A stretch of 64,000 nucleotides of DNA, from the NCBI GenBank assembly GCA_010405405.1, contig MU004234.1, forward strand, positions 540,993-604,992, in the 5' to 3' direction. The notes below the pieces were generated by a model, which saw nothing but the letters and a program-made list of their open reading frames with translations, was not told the DNA's origin and did not search any database. Positions 34,366 through 47,330 of the stretch are shown one piece after another. This DNA is from Microthyrium microscopicum (taxonomy: Eukaryota). Both the position numbers and the translations under genes were made by a program. Within the stretch, counting starts at the first letter, position 1. Every line of letters starts with the position of its first letter.

Positions 34366-36911
34366 ATGTACGGAGGTTACTGGAAGGCGCTGTGCGCCGC
34401 ACTAATTGTAATCGATCATGCGTCACTCTCGATAGCTTCGAGAAGTAAACAAGACTCGGAAATTCTCGCGCAGTTTGATGATCAAATTCAGATCTTTGGT
34501 GATGTGAGTTTACAAGTTACGCGATTTTGAATGATTGCTAATCAGTCATAGATGATACGGAATAACATCGACTTTGTTGATGTATGGGTCACTCTGCTAT
34601 ATGCATTAACTTATACTTATGCTTCTATAGGGACTTAATGTTGATATTTATTCACCAACCAATAGGACACTGACAGTCACCAAAAACATGAGTCCCATGA
34701 CTGGACGCTTCACAACTGGAACAACTGGAGGCATATACCGTGGAATAACGGCATATTCATACATTCTCAAGACCAACGACCCAACACCGGATGTTATTGC
34801 GAGAGTTGAAGTTCCCTGGGACCCCATACGGCTTGCGTCGCTGGGTGTGGATCCTGTCAACACTTTTGTTGGACAGCTGGCAGCGAACAACCAATCCTGG
34901 GTTCTGGCTGATGAGCGGACAGACGTTAACAAGTGAGAGTTTCGAAATAGGACCTATCAGAAGTCGCACTAACAGCCGTTCAGAGCCATCTTCAAATCAA
35001 GAGTTAATCAAATGACCTCACTAGCTGGAGAGTTCAGACTTGTCGGTCGTATGGGAGCTGATTCCGGAGCCACATTCTCAGGCTTCGGAGCTGGACCAGA
35101 TACAACTGTACCAGTTTTCGGCGGTGGACGACAAGATGTCGAGTTTATTGACGGTCTTCGTTTCTCCATTCTCTCGGACACAAACATGACCATGAATGTC
35201 GATGTCTTCAGTCCAATTCCAGCGAATCTTATCCCTCAGGGCATGAAGTCGCTTTGTAAGTTTCCTTGCGCTTCAATCAGTCAACTGTCACTGATCAATT
35301 CCAGATTCTTTCGGCTATATCGTCAACACTACTCAAGCCGCTGTTCTCAGTCCTGCTCCATTGGTCCCATTAGTACCAGGAACTCCAGGTCAAGCACCAC
35401 CAGTTCCTGGCCAAAGCGGTGCGCCTGGAGCCCTTTCTGGTGGTATTCCTGCTCTCACTTCTGTTGTTCCCGGTGCTTCTCCAGCTGGCCCGGGAGGTGC
35501 CGTTCCCACTCCTGGTCCCAATGCGCCTAAGATGTCGAATGCTCCTGGTGTGCCCGCAAGTGGAGCACCAAAATCATCCAAGGGAGCATCAGGAACCGCA
35601 GGACCGGCTGGTCTTCTCTCTTCCGCCTTACCAGCTGGAAGTGCATTGCCCGCAGGAGGCGCTTTGCCAGCAGGAAGTGCATTGCCAGCAGGAGGTGCTT
35701 TGCCATCAGGAAGTGCATTGCCAGCAGGCGGTGCAGTGCCATCGGGTATGCCCGCAGGAATGTCAATGCCAGCTGGTATGCCCGCCGGTATGTCCATGCC
35801 TCCTGGCTTCGGCGCTGGATTCCCATCCGGCCTCGCCACCGCCAGCATCCCACCATTCGCGTCTGCCATGGCCGGCGGCGCTCCCTTCAACCCGATGAAC
35901 GGCCCAGCCGGAAAAGGCGCTGGCTTCCCCTTCATCAAGCGCCAAAACGAAGACGCTGGCCCATCAATCGCCGCATCTGCTGCCCCAGCCGTAACACCAC
36001 TCGCCACCTCCATCGCCGCCGTCCCCAACGCACCAAGTCCTTCCGTCAACGCACCTGGCGCCGCACCACCAGCCCTCTCCGGCGCATCAGGCGTCCCCGC
36101 CGCAGTCTCCGCTCTCTCTGCCGCACCAAATGCCTCCGGTGTACCCAACGCCTCTGCCGCACCTCTCGGTTCCGCCGTCCCAGCAGTAAGCCCAGTCCCC
36201 GGCATCTCCCCAGTCCCCGGCGCAGCACCACCATCCGGCATACCACTCGCCTCCGGTGCCTCCGCCTCAATCCTAGCAAACCCATCCTCCGCCCTCCCCG
36301 CCGTACCCACCGGCATCCCACCCGCCGGCGCCTCAGCAACCCTCCCCCTCCCCAATGTCCCCGGCGCCTCAAGCACACCAATCGGCATAACCCCCGGCGG
36401 CCCAGCGCCCGGCAGCGTGCGTGAAGTAAGCATGCAATTCCCGCTCAACATCGCCGTCATAACCGCCCTAATGGGCACAAAAATGCCCGCCCCCAACGCC
36501 GGAAACCAAGGAGCACAAACCGGCTTCCTTGGTGTGTCCGCCGCAGATCAAGTCGACGCGATGTTGCGCAATATCAAGTTCCAGGTGGCGAGACGAGATG
36601 TTGGTGCTGACACTGCGCAATTTGTACCATTTAGCGTTGGCACACCGAGTGCGAACGCTGGGAATGCGGGCGCAGCTGGCTCCGCTAATGTGCCGAATCT
36701 GAGTATCGATGGAGGTAATCTCATGTTTACGGGCGGTAATTTGCTGGATGGTGAGTATTTGGTGCTTGTGCCGGATCAGTTGATTGCGCCGGGACAGGCG
36801 AGTGCTAGTTCGCAGAATAAGGGGAGTACGAATGCGGGGAGTGTGATGGGTGTTGATATGGGGCTTGTTGGTGTTATGGTTGCTGTGTTGTTTGCGGCCA
36901 TGTTGGTATAG
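34366..36911 (+). CDS. Secreted, probably GPI-anchored surface protein with large Pro/Ala/Gly/Ser-rich insert (exons 34366-34503, 34552-34581, 34631-34932, 34984-35255, 35305-36911)
   Basis: Signal-like N-terminus MYGGYWKALCAALIVI; four GT-AG introns all keep the frame; C-terminus NAG + hydrophobic tail GLVGVMVAVLFAAMLV. Confidence 0.78.
35625..35800 (+). repeat. Coding tandem repeats: about 6 x 18-bp (ALPAGS/ALPAGG) followed by MPAG/MS repeats
   Basis: gcattgccagcaggaagt / gctttgccagcaggaggt-type units inside the surface-protein CDS; boundaries approximate. Confidence 0.8.
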
Positions 36912-39057
36912 AAAGGTTGTTGACGATGTTGGTAGTTGATGTGGACTTGTGGAGTATAAAAATTGTGCTCTTGTAGATTATACTTTGATACCTTACCCTG
37001 TACCTTCGTTATTAGCATCATGGGTCGGAGTTGGGGGACTTTTTCCAATGTTGTAGTATATTGAGGGAGTATAGACAGATATTATGAAATGAAATGAATA
37101 TTTATTATTGGAAATGATTTTTCTTTTCTTGCACAAAACGAAATAATATGAGCAAGGCTATGAATAAGAACGACTTTAGCTTAGATTCTGGTCTTGGAGA
37201 TAGAGCCATTCCTTCTGCCATACAGCAGCTTAAAGCTTGAACAAACCACGCTCAGTTGTTGATTCATATTTAGTCCTGTTTTGGTCAGTTTTGAAATTCA
37301 AATGCTAGGTTATGTATTGTTGTAATTGTTTGATGGACGCCTGGCTTGGTGGGAGTTGATTGTTGCGATGTTGTCTACATTATTAATTCTAAGGGCACCT
37401 AAAATATGGTCGTCGACCATATTGACGATATGGAGTATCAAAAGATGGTGTATTTCAACTTTTAGAGTCGACTAAAGTGGGCATCAATTTTCCACGTTCC
37501 GTGGTCAGAAACAAGACGCATTCTAACAGCCTGATCCTGCACATTCCCACAAGGCTGACCAATCAACGGGCCAGTCAAAAGTGCTATGCCAGGCGCGAAT
37601 CAAACCGTCATTTTTCAACGTTTCAACGCGTTTCAAAAGCAGCAGCCTGCAACCATCAACCTCCTCCATTCGTTCAAACCCCCTAGCAGCATCCCTTTGA
37701 CTGGCCAGACATTCCTCGAAACGCTTCTCAACCTCGGCGGCTCTCAGCCTATCCAGCGCGAAACGTCATTGAGGCTTGGACGGATCCGAGAGAGTGGGAG
37801 GTTGACGCAAAGAATGGTGGGCTGCTTGTAGGTCGCTCGACACTCACTCTGGGCTGGGCGAGGATAGGCCCTGCAAGGCACGACGGGCATTATGTCCAAT
37901 CAATGTGGGTACAAGACTGGTGGTGAGCCATGACATGGTATGTCGCGATTTAACGTTGCGGGCGTGCTCCTCCTGTAACTTCACTTACACAACACGCTTC
38001 GCGGGGCTCGCGATTACGAGTTAGAAATGTTGGTACCAAGCAGCGGGTGTAGACTGCAAAAAAGATCTAGGGAGAGTATGGTATTCGGTTTACTAGTCAG
38101 GCCTTCACTTGAGCGCCCTTGGCCTATGGATGGAATATGCTTATGAAGGGATAGGAAATTTATGGTCGCACTTGCCTTTTCTGGGAGACGGAGGACAACA
38201 AAGATCAACAGATCCTGCTCCTGCCTCGTTCCTTGCTCTTCATTCTCTGAACATTACAGTAGGCTATTACTGGCTTTGAGTCTCTCTGGATTATTCCTGT
38301 AGGTTGTTACCCCGAAGTTGCCGCGTGTTGTGCCAAAAGGCCCCTCGCAACTGCCGTTTCATCACAGTCTACTTTCCCTGGGCTAGAATCCAAGTGCTTC
38401 GTGCCTTTCTACTCATCTGCACTTTGAACCCCCACAACCAAACGCAAACTCCCTTTCTGGATTCTTTGTTTGCTTCTATGCTTTCACTTATCAATTAATC
38501 CTCCTACTTTCACCTGTCAAATCTTGATCCTGAACTATAATTCTGTGCATTATCGGCTCAGTTTCTTCCAGCGCCACTGTTTTCACTACAACCACCACTT
38601 ACAGCTCGCATTCCGTGAAACACCACGTTCAAGAGGGCTTGCGAGATCAGACCATCCCGCTAGCAAAAGGGCAAGTCGCATACAATCATCACATTGATGG
38701 TCTTGACCCACATGAACTTCTGCAGCTAGTCATTGCCAAATACACTCAAACCATATTTCACTACCTGTCCATCGTCCTGGAAAGCAAAGTGTTCCAGTTC
38801 AATCCATAACTTGCCAAACGGTGCTTTTTCGGTCACTTGGTAAGGCATGCCTCTTATTCGTTTGTCTGGTCGAATGTTTCCCAGCCAATTGCTAACTTCT
38901 GTCATAGAAACTAGGCTTGGCTCACTTGTTTCTGGAACAACACAGTAACCGTAACAAATCCCTATATAGCGCCACGCCCACCGCTACCCTCTCACTCTTT
39001 CCCATGAACTACGAACCCTACCTTGACCTCTTCGAAAACGGCGGTCAACACATCAGG

Positions 39058-39858
39058 ATGCGGTTTACACTCGGTGTCATCAGCTTCATAAGCAGTCTCC
39101 TAGGCGTTGCCAGGGGGATCTCCCTCAGCGATTTTCGGCCACAATCCGTCGGACTCTCGGATGTTTGCAAAGTAGCCTATACAACACCAATAGCAGGCTG
39201 TATTAGCAATGATTTCCTGCCCTCTGGTAATCCACAATGTTCGCAGGAATGTCTCGTAGGCCTGGTGGCTATCAACAACCTGGTCCTGAACTCTTGTTCT
39301 CGCGACTCTGTCCCAGCGAACTCACTCATCGGCATATTTCTCGCTGGTAAAGGCATTCGAGCGCTATGCAACGTGGAGGTCATCACTAAGACTACGACGG
39401 GCCCAACGATTGCTCCGGCACCTGCTACGACAATCACACCTATCATCGGACAGAGCACTAAGACTGCACCACTGCCGACTTCATTGACTGGGATTGTCAC
39501 CGATTCAAGTTCGAGACCACCAGTTACAGCTACTATCATCCCTATGCCATCCTCCGCCAGCGCGAAATCGACCATGACATTCACCCAACTCACTACCATG
39601 ATCTCCACAACAACACCAGCTCCGGCTACCACAGATACCAAGTCGAAAGGCTCAACATCGACTCTCACATTGACTTCATCAACAGCAAACCCTCAAGCCG
39701 CAACAACAAGCGGTCTGCCAAAGTGCGGAAGCGGAGGTAGTCCCTTTGACCAAGTACCCGGGCAGACATGTACTAACAGCGGCACCACCCTCCACACATC
39801 AATAATCCTCCTGCTCACAAGCATAATTGCAGCCATAGCAGCCCAGCGGATCCGCTAG
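39058..39858 (+). CDS. Secreted Cys-domain, Ser/Thr-rich, probably GPI-anchored protein
   Basis: Signal peptide MRFTLGVISFISSLLGVARG, six-Cys N-terminal domain, Thr-rich stalk, GGSPFD motif and hydrophobic C-terminal tail. Confidence 0.82.
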   Translation: MRFTLGVISFISSLLGVARGISLSDFRPQSVGLSDVCKVAYTTPIAGCISNDFLPSGNPQCSQECLVGLVAINNLVLNSCSRDSVPANSLIGIFLAGKGIRALCNVEVITKTTTGPTIAPAPATTITPIIGQSTKTAPLPTSLTGIVTDSSSRPPVTATIIPMPSSASAKSTMTFTQLTTMISTTTPAPATTDTKSKGSTSTLTLTSSTANPQAATTSGLPKCGSGGSPFDQVPGQTCTNSGTTLHTSIILLLTSIIAAIAAQRIR

Positions 39859-40438
39859 AACGACTCGAGACGCTCACTTGTGCATAATCACACGACTTTA
39901 CACATAATTACGGTCGATAAAGGAAAACGAGGCGAAGGCGAAGGCGGAGTTTTTGTTATTGATTTTATGATACCCCAGCATTGCATACAGCGAATGCATT
40001 TTGTCAGTCTCTATCGGAATTGGGGCCTGAACAAGGCAAAAGCCAGTGATATGGCGGTGTTAATACTATGTCGGAATATGTACATTACCATAACGGATAT
40101 AGGTGATGGGCATGATGTGCATGCTACGAAGTCAGCATGTGGCTTTGATTATGTATAAAGACTATTGAATGAATAATGATATTATCAAACTGTCTTAGAT
40201 CTAACTGATTGGTGTATAGTGTGAAGAAGTGCAGTATCCATATGCGCCGAGCTAGTCTACATATCGCTCTAACAGGTCTCAAAATCTGTGATGCGGTTAT
40301 TCTGATAGAACACGGCGACAGCATAACTGCCAATTCTGCAACACAGTCTCTGTCGGCACCTCATGGGCGGTCAGATTGAGGCCCAACAAGTCATGACTTT
40401 TTACCCTCCTCCTCCTTCTTTACGATCCAAGTCGCTCC

Positions 40439-41240
40439 TCAAATCTTCTTCGGTCCAAAAATATCCATCACGATCGCCGTTGCCTCCTCAGTCCACAAAT
40501 GCCGCTCGATGAGCATCACACTCGGAGGAAGAACCTTGTAAAGCGACGTCTTGCCATTACGTGCGCCTCGCCCAATCTTTCGCATGCGAGAAAGTAATTC
40601 GCCAAGTCCAGTCGTCGCAGAGCTATTAGCGAGATTTGGAATGGCGACACAGATGTCGTCTTTGAAACGGATAGCGTTGACAAGAGCATTAGCTACAAAC
40701 TCGCTGAATGCTAGTTAGTATTGGAAAATTAAGTAGGGAAGATAAGATGACTTACATATGCGATCTAATCACTTCAGGAAGACCGAAATAGCGACTATCG
40801 CAGCACCGATCGCACAGCCCGCAGGTGCTTTTCTCATAGAGAAACCAGTTGTCGTATTGGAGTTTTGCTAACCGCGCTAGAACTGGAGTCCAAAGAGCTA
40901 TTGCGGATTCAGGGATGAGATAGTCATTATTGGGTGGTTCTTCTGTGCTGTGCCATTTTGTGGTGTCCAGGAACCGGTAGTGTTTGGCAAAGATGAATGC
41001 GCGGTAGTCTTTGAAGTATCGACAGCCGTGGCAGTAATGGATGGGGTCGGGATCGCTGAAGAGGGTGTCGGATGCTAGGATAGCTTTGTTGGTGGGGAAT
41101 GGGATGCGCCAGTGGAACGCTTTGCAGGTTTGGCGCATCTGGAGCTTGGTCTTGGTGGTCATATAGTTGATCACTGTGTCTTGGAGCTCTCGTGGGAGGC
41201 CTAGCAGGTTGAATGGGGAAGATGATGTTGATGAAGACAT
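40439..41240 (-). CDS. F-box domain protein unrelated to the four-paralogue family (exons 41240-40756, 40703-40439)
   Basis: LLGLPRELQDTVINYM...LRQTCK-type F-box (QMRQTCK), CHGC and CGLCDRC Cys pairs; phase-2 GTAAGT...TACTAAC...CAG intron. Confidence 0.72.
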
Positions 41241-41703
41241 TCTTTGGTTTCTTGAAGAGATGTGGAGAGCTTGTGGAAGGCAAGGCCTCGAGAGTTTGGT
41301 GGTTGGCAAGTTGCTTTTCTGAGACTGGTGGAAACTGAGGATAAAAGATAGAGGGAGTTGGAGAGGAGGATATGAAGACTTGAAAAAGAGAACACAGAAA
41401 CAGAAAGCGAAAATCTCACTCCTTACTGAAGTCCCCGTCACTGTAGCGCCGCCTTGGACTCGGTGACTGCGTAGCATAAGTCCAGTACCTCAAGTGATGC
41501 ATATAGGTCCACCTATAATCTGGTGCCTCTATCCACCTCACTACTATGAAGTAATAGACTGGGTTCTTGGTAGATTTCAGCTTGCCCAGGTGCGTCCCCG
41601 TCTAATGAAGTATAAGAATTATAGTCAACACCAAAGCTCAGTATTCAACTTACCGTCTCTTGTGAGGAAACAGTACCAGCCTCAGTAATAGCTTAATAGG
41701 TTG

Positions 41704-43154
41704 TTATAGGCCGCAATTGAAGCCCTTGGGGTCGACAACATTAGCACAAGAGTACTTCTGAATAGAAGCTCCTGATTCTCGCTTGAGGCTAATGTTTGAG
41801 AAAGAAAGCCCAGAACAAGGAGCAGAAGCACTACACTTCAAACTAGCAACAGAGTCTTTGGTGATTGTGCCTTTGATATCGGAGACTCGAATATCTCTGA
41901 TTTGAAATCTTGAAGTGTCACAGTCACCATCTTGGCCCCCATCACGAAAGTGGGTACACTGGCCGATCTGGAACGCTCCGTATGCTCGAGTGACGGTCAC
42001 GTTACTGACTGAAATATTTTTTACATCTAGCTCACAAGCTTGTTAAAAATCATGTTCCTCAGCAATTCGGAAGGAATCACTTACATCCAAAACCACCACC
42101 GCCGCCGTTTGGTGGATATCCTTTGGCAACTCCAGTCCAGGTCTTGATATATGCTGGCCACTGAGTACCAAAATATCGAATACCTCTTACGGTCACGTTT
42201 TCAATGTGCTCAAAAATGCCTTTGTACTGTCCAATACTGCCGAGAGCAAAACCAAGGCCATAGAAGTCACAGTCTTCGATGAGGACGTTCGAAGAATTTG
42301 CCTTGAGAGATATACCATCGTCGCCATTGATTACCTTCCAGCCGCGAAAGGTGATATTGTTGACAAAAAGCGTATCTGCACCGTCAGTATTGCGAGCTGG
42401 AGATCTGCTACGAGATGTGCTGTTGACGAAGATGTCGGTGAGAAGGACATTCTGTGAGCGTAGGATAGTCATTGTCCTTCTAGGTTATTCAATGGCAAAT
42501 ATTAAACTGATCGTGTAATTACTTACCACATTTGGCTTTGTACGAATCGAAGGCCACGAAAGATTGAGTTTGTTGTGTTCACGATTGTCAGTCCCATCGG
42601 TCTCCCTTAAACCTTGTTAATCATGTTGTCAGCTGTGGGGTCGGATTGCCAAACGTACTGGGATAATTTGAATATCCTTTAACCAGATCATACCAGACTT
42701 GGCCATTGCCATCAATTGTCCCCGTGCCAAATCCGTCAAACGTGATGTTGTCGCCTCCAAGCCACCATACTGTTGACATGTTCTGATATCCAATTGGTTG
42801 TGATTGTTCCAGCCAGTACGTTGTGTCAGCGCTTTACTACGTCATGTCAGCTTCTATTGATGACAACAAACAATGGTTGATCCTTGCCAGTATCTTGCCT
42901 CGCAATTCTATCTGAACGTTCCTTAACCCGGTCGTGTTCATGACCCGCTTGACATAATAGACCTGATTACCAAATACGATTCGACCATTTTGCCCACAAC
43001 TTTTGAAGGCTGAAAGTATGGCGTCGGTGTCATCGCCGCTATTTCCTTTCGAGGCTACTTCGCAAGTCTTACCAGCCGTAGTCACATCTACAAACAACGT
43101 TATTGCCAATACTGCTTGCACAACTAGCAATAGCAAAACCTTGAGCGTCCCCAT
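41704..43154 (-). CDS. Secreted GH28 glycoside hydrolase, exo-rhamnogalacturonase (RgxB-like) type, multi-exon
   Basis: Signal peptide MGTLKVLLLLVV; NTDG and NGDD catalytic motifs, GSIGQY, YIKTWTG, PPNGGGGG; several GT-AG introns. Confidence 0.88.
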
Positions 43155-43773
43155 GGCTGGCTGTATATAGCAGTGTCTCACGCCATTAACCATGAAGTGA
43201 AGTAGGAATATGTCTTTAAGCTATGGGAATAAGCTAAATGTGCAATTTTTGATTTAATTAAAGCATAATTTCCGGCCCAGTTGCAAATCGTAGGGCCGAG
43301 GTTTTTTCTGTTTGAAGCCTCTTCTATGATACCATTTACACAGCTTCTCGCCTGGCTTCGAGGGACTCTGACAATGTCGCCGGTAGAGTTCTCTAGGAAA
43401 GATCATCCAAAAGAAGATCGGGACATCTGAAGAAAAATTTACAACGATCCATATGGTTTCTAAATTTAGCGCAGCCACTACCAAAATAGCGCCGGGCCAA
43501 CCCATTCACCAGTCGAGATGAGCAGCCAATCAGCTTGCAGTTCAAAAGTAACCACCCACAATTGGCCAAGTATCCTTCAGCCAGTATAAATTGCATTGTC
43601 GGGATCCATCTTGAATTCTGTGAAGTAATGATTTCATTAACATTACATGTACAGCAGGTCATTGAAACCTCTTGGAAAGTCATGGTCATATCCCGAGCTA
43701 GCCTTGGTCCTCCCTCATACGTCATAGCTGGCCTCTGCAAGGCTTGTTAGAACATCTCAAGGCGTTCAGAAGC

Positions 43774-45159
43774 TCATTGATGACGGTCTCCAGGGCTATT
43801 CTCGTGTGGTGAGTTCCCCCTATCAACATGCGGATAAGTCGGCGATACGGCACTTGTAGGTCCTATCTCATGTGGTTCATCATTGTTCTCCCCGGCGGAT
43901 AATTCTTGAGGTGGCGATACGGGATGAGACATCATCTTCGTCATTCCCTCAGGACCAACCTGCATCATGGACGTCGGGCCCTCATGGTAAGTATTCGGGC
44001 TCGCACCGGAATGATACGGCGACCATTGTCCTGGTGGATAGCCTGCGTAACCGGGTCCATAGCTTGTATTAGCTGTCATTGAGCTTGGTGCGTATTGCCC
44101 GCTTGCGTATCGAGGATCGCCAGTTACGCTGGACTGCTGCTGTTGTAATCTGCGTTCTCGTTGACGGCGGAGCTCAGCCAACACGAGCCATATTACTGCT
44201 GCAACCAGGAAAGCACCAACTGGAATGCCAACGCCAATTCCAATTTTGGCACCCGTGGACAAGCCAGAAGCATGCGCTGTAGAATTTGGTGAGGATGTTA
44301 GGACAGGACCTGGAGCAGTGACTGTTGATGGCGTAGGTGTAGTTGCTTTCGCGGTATAGCTTTTCGCTGCGGAATAAGTGGAGGGAGAAGGAGTGCCGGC
44401 GGCGTTTATGGGTAGAATGTAGCTCGGCGCGACTCGATATGTGGTGAATTGCGTAAATGCCGAGGGCGTGTCTGTGAAAGAATACAAGTATTAGGAACCT
44501 TTTCACGTCTCAGACTCAGGCTGACTTACATCCTGCAATAGCAGTCTCAACCCAGGTACTTGCCCCTGACACAACGGTTGGAGAATAATATCCGGTGCTT
44601 CCACCATACTTCGATGGTAGTGATACATATGGGGCAAGAGTCGATGGAGCATACATAGCAACTCTTGCGTTGCTCCCCATTTCCTTACAACCAATAGGCT
44701 GTAGAACTAACAGATCATATGTTGAATTCCACTGGCAGCCACAACTTTCTGGCGCATGGCAAGTCCACGTCTGATCGAGATTTTGTATATTGTTGCAATA
44801 TTCGAGCGCTACCCACGGTGAACGAGCTATGCCACAGTAAGCTCACATTCGAGATCAAGAAAATTTTGGATGCGCTTACTCGGATCCCATCCACACTTGA
44901 ATGGGCAAGTTGGATCTTCATAATTGATGTCGGTACAGCCATACTGATACAGATCTCCGGTAGCATAGTTGTAGCAAGTATTTCCAGATAAACAGGTATC
45001 TCCCAACAGACAACAGGCTGAAGTTCCCGTGCCGTTACAAGGCACTAGATTGTTTGGTCCTCGATTACTAGCGCCTGGTCCGAAGTAGCATTGCTGTTGG
45101 GCCAGTACCGTTCCTGTCACTACTAGAAAGGACAGCCTGATCGTCCATGACCACAACAT
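43774..45159 (-). CDS. Single-pass type I membrane protein: signal peptide, Cys-rich ectodomain, Ser/Thr stalk, TM, Pro/Tyr-rich tail (3 exons)
   Basis: CYF...PC...SACCLLGDTCLSGNTC...YQYGCTD...CPFKC ectodomain; GLSTGAKIGIGVGIP transmembrane segment followed by RRQR. Confidence 0.82.
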
Positions 45160-46298
45160 AATGGACTATTTGCGCAAAACAAAAGTGAGAAACGAGTCCA
45201 ATTTATACACTCCTCTATCGTCTGGGAGGAAGCCAAAACTAAAGAATCAATTTTCCCTCATTATTGCGGCCAATTGCTGACTTAAGTTGAACAGGCTTGG
45301 AAAAAGCTCGGCCCCTCCTTGGCCACGATGTATAAAAATACTACAACAGAAGAGGCTGAGTCAGGAGCTCTTGCTGCACGCCGACATTCTCATTTCTAAG
45401 AGGCGAGGCAATGAACGATTTATGGGGGGACTGCATGCTGTGGTCCAATTGCACCCGATATGCTGCTGCTGTGACCAATCTTGGAAGATGTGATCCTGGT
45501 GAGAATCGAGGGCGAGAAGTAAGCAAAAGCAAAATTCAGCTGTGTATTCATTGCCAGATGTGTAGTTTCATATCAACATGCAAAGCTTCCACTATTCAAA
45601 GACATGATGAAATTATATTCTTTCCCTACAGACTTCTACTGCTTGGCCATATGTCACCAAAATCATTGATCCAATGGCATAGCAGGATGTTATCATGTTC
45701 GGAGGAAAACCTGTGGGCAACATCGGCAGGTGATAAAGGCGGCCTCGAACGTGATGTATAGCGGACTTCATGCAGGGAACTGGTGACTGCCACATCATAC
45801 CTACAGACAACTGCAGCGGCCGGGCGACAGGCTTGTCACGATGAAGAAGAAATGTCCCGATATTTCGACAAAATCCCGGCCTGTAGCTTGACCGAAGCAA
45901 ACAATGTCAGTAACCCATACAGAAGACTTTCGTTTTCGGATATAGGTCTGAATCATGGCGGACATTCATTAAAATACTTGTCTAATATCAGCCAAGATTC
46001 AGTGTTTCTTGGCCTGCAGTTGATTCACGCATTGTGTACGGTTCAGCCTGATGAGAAAAGCACTACCTGCAGATGCTGTCTCAGCCCTCCTCGTGTTCCC
46101 TTCCTCACAAGCAAACTCAGCCTTAGATAAGACATAGCTTGTCCCGGTTCCTCTATGCCATGAAATCTACATCTCCAACTACTTTGATGCTTGTCCAGAC
46201 AAACCTCATGCTATCCAGCCAGGTCACATCAATCTTTGTCAGTAGGCTACCGAGAATCCAGATCAAGTGGCGAGAGACTTGATTTACAGCTTACGATA

Positions 46299-47330
46299 AT
46301 GAGGCTTCGTACCATCCTGGAGAGGGGAGCACCTTTATGTTTACTCCTCTCTCTGGCTCTGCAGTCAAGCCAAACAACTGCGGTGACAACAAATACTTCT
46401 TGTTATTATCCTGACGGCGGGAAAGCAGTCGATTTTCCATATGTTCCTTGCAATAGTAGGCCTACCTAATGTCTCCCAGAGCTGTAAACTAGCTAACAAA
46501 AGTCATCCAAGATGACACCTCTTCGGGATACTCTACGTGCTATGTTCCCTCGGAAGGGGACCAATGTATGCCAGGAGGCCTTGTATGGTGGCCACCACAA
46601 CCAGCAGGGCATGGAGGATATCTATACCGTAGCTCCTGCACTGATAAGTAGGCTTTTGCTCCATAAGATTCGGACATTTAAGAACTTGAAGTCTTGTCAA
46701 GACCTCAAGGGTTATATATGGAAGTAAGGTATTTGCTGACGAACTGTTCCACAGATCTTGGACTGACCCTGCCTGTGCTAAGGTGTGCGTATCAGAGACG
46801 CCCAGTTATTTTGAGATGATCTCGTAAGTTGAAAGCTTTTGAAGTATGAACAATCATCTGACGAGCATAGATTTTGTCCCAACTCGACAGACTTTTGTTG
46901 TACAAAGTCAACAACTGGCGATTGCTGCCAGCAGAAAGAGTTTCGATTCACTCTCAACGACATTCCAAACAACGTCATGCAACAAATAATCCAGGGCAGT
47001 CAAGAAAGCAACGGCACAGTTAGCCAACCAGACACAAGTCGGCCCACTCGAACTACATCCAATGTTGAGCCAACTGCATCGCCTAGTACGTCAAATCTAG
47101 CAACACCATCAACGCCTTCACCGTCCACCTCTTCAGCTGGGAAAATTTCTCCTGGAGGTAAGGCAGGCATTGCCATTGGTGTAATCGGTCTCTGCGTTAT
47201 CATGGGAGCCACGTACTTCTTCGTAGCCCGAAACAAGGTTGCTGCGCTTGCGCCTGAGTCTCCATTGTTTCCTCCTCCAACGCCAGTCACTGCAGAGGAA
47301 GATTCTGATATCGAGAGGCAGGCCCGATAA
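46299..47330 (+). CDS. Single-pass type I membrane protein with the same class of Cys-rich ectodomain (exons 46299-46456, 46512-46647, 46755-46823, 46871-47330)
   Basis: CYYPDG...PC...STC...GDQC...YLYRSSCTDKSWTDPACAKVC...FCC; three introns keep the frame; TM GGKAGIAIGVIGLCVI. Confidence 0.78.

Noticed and set aside
35390..36496. 368-aa minus-strand ORF
   Set aside because: Antisense shadow of the GC-rich low-complexity CDS on the plus strand; no independent features.
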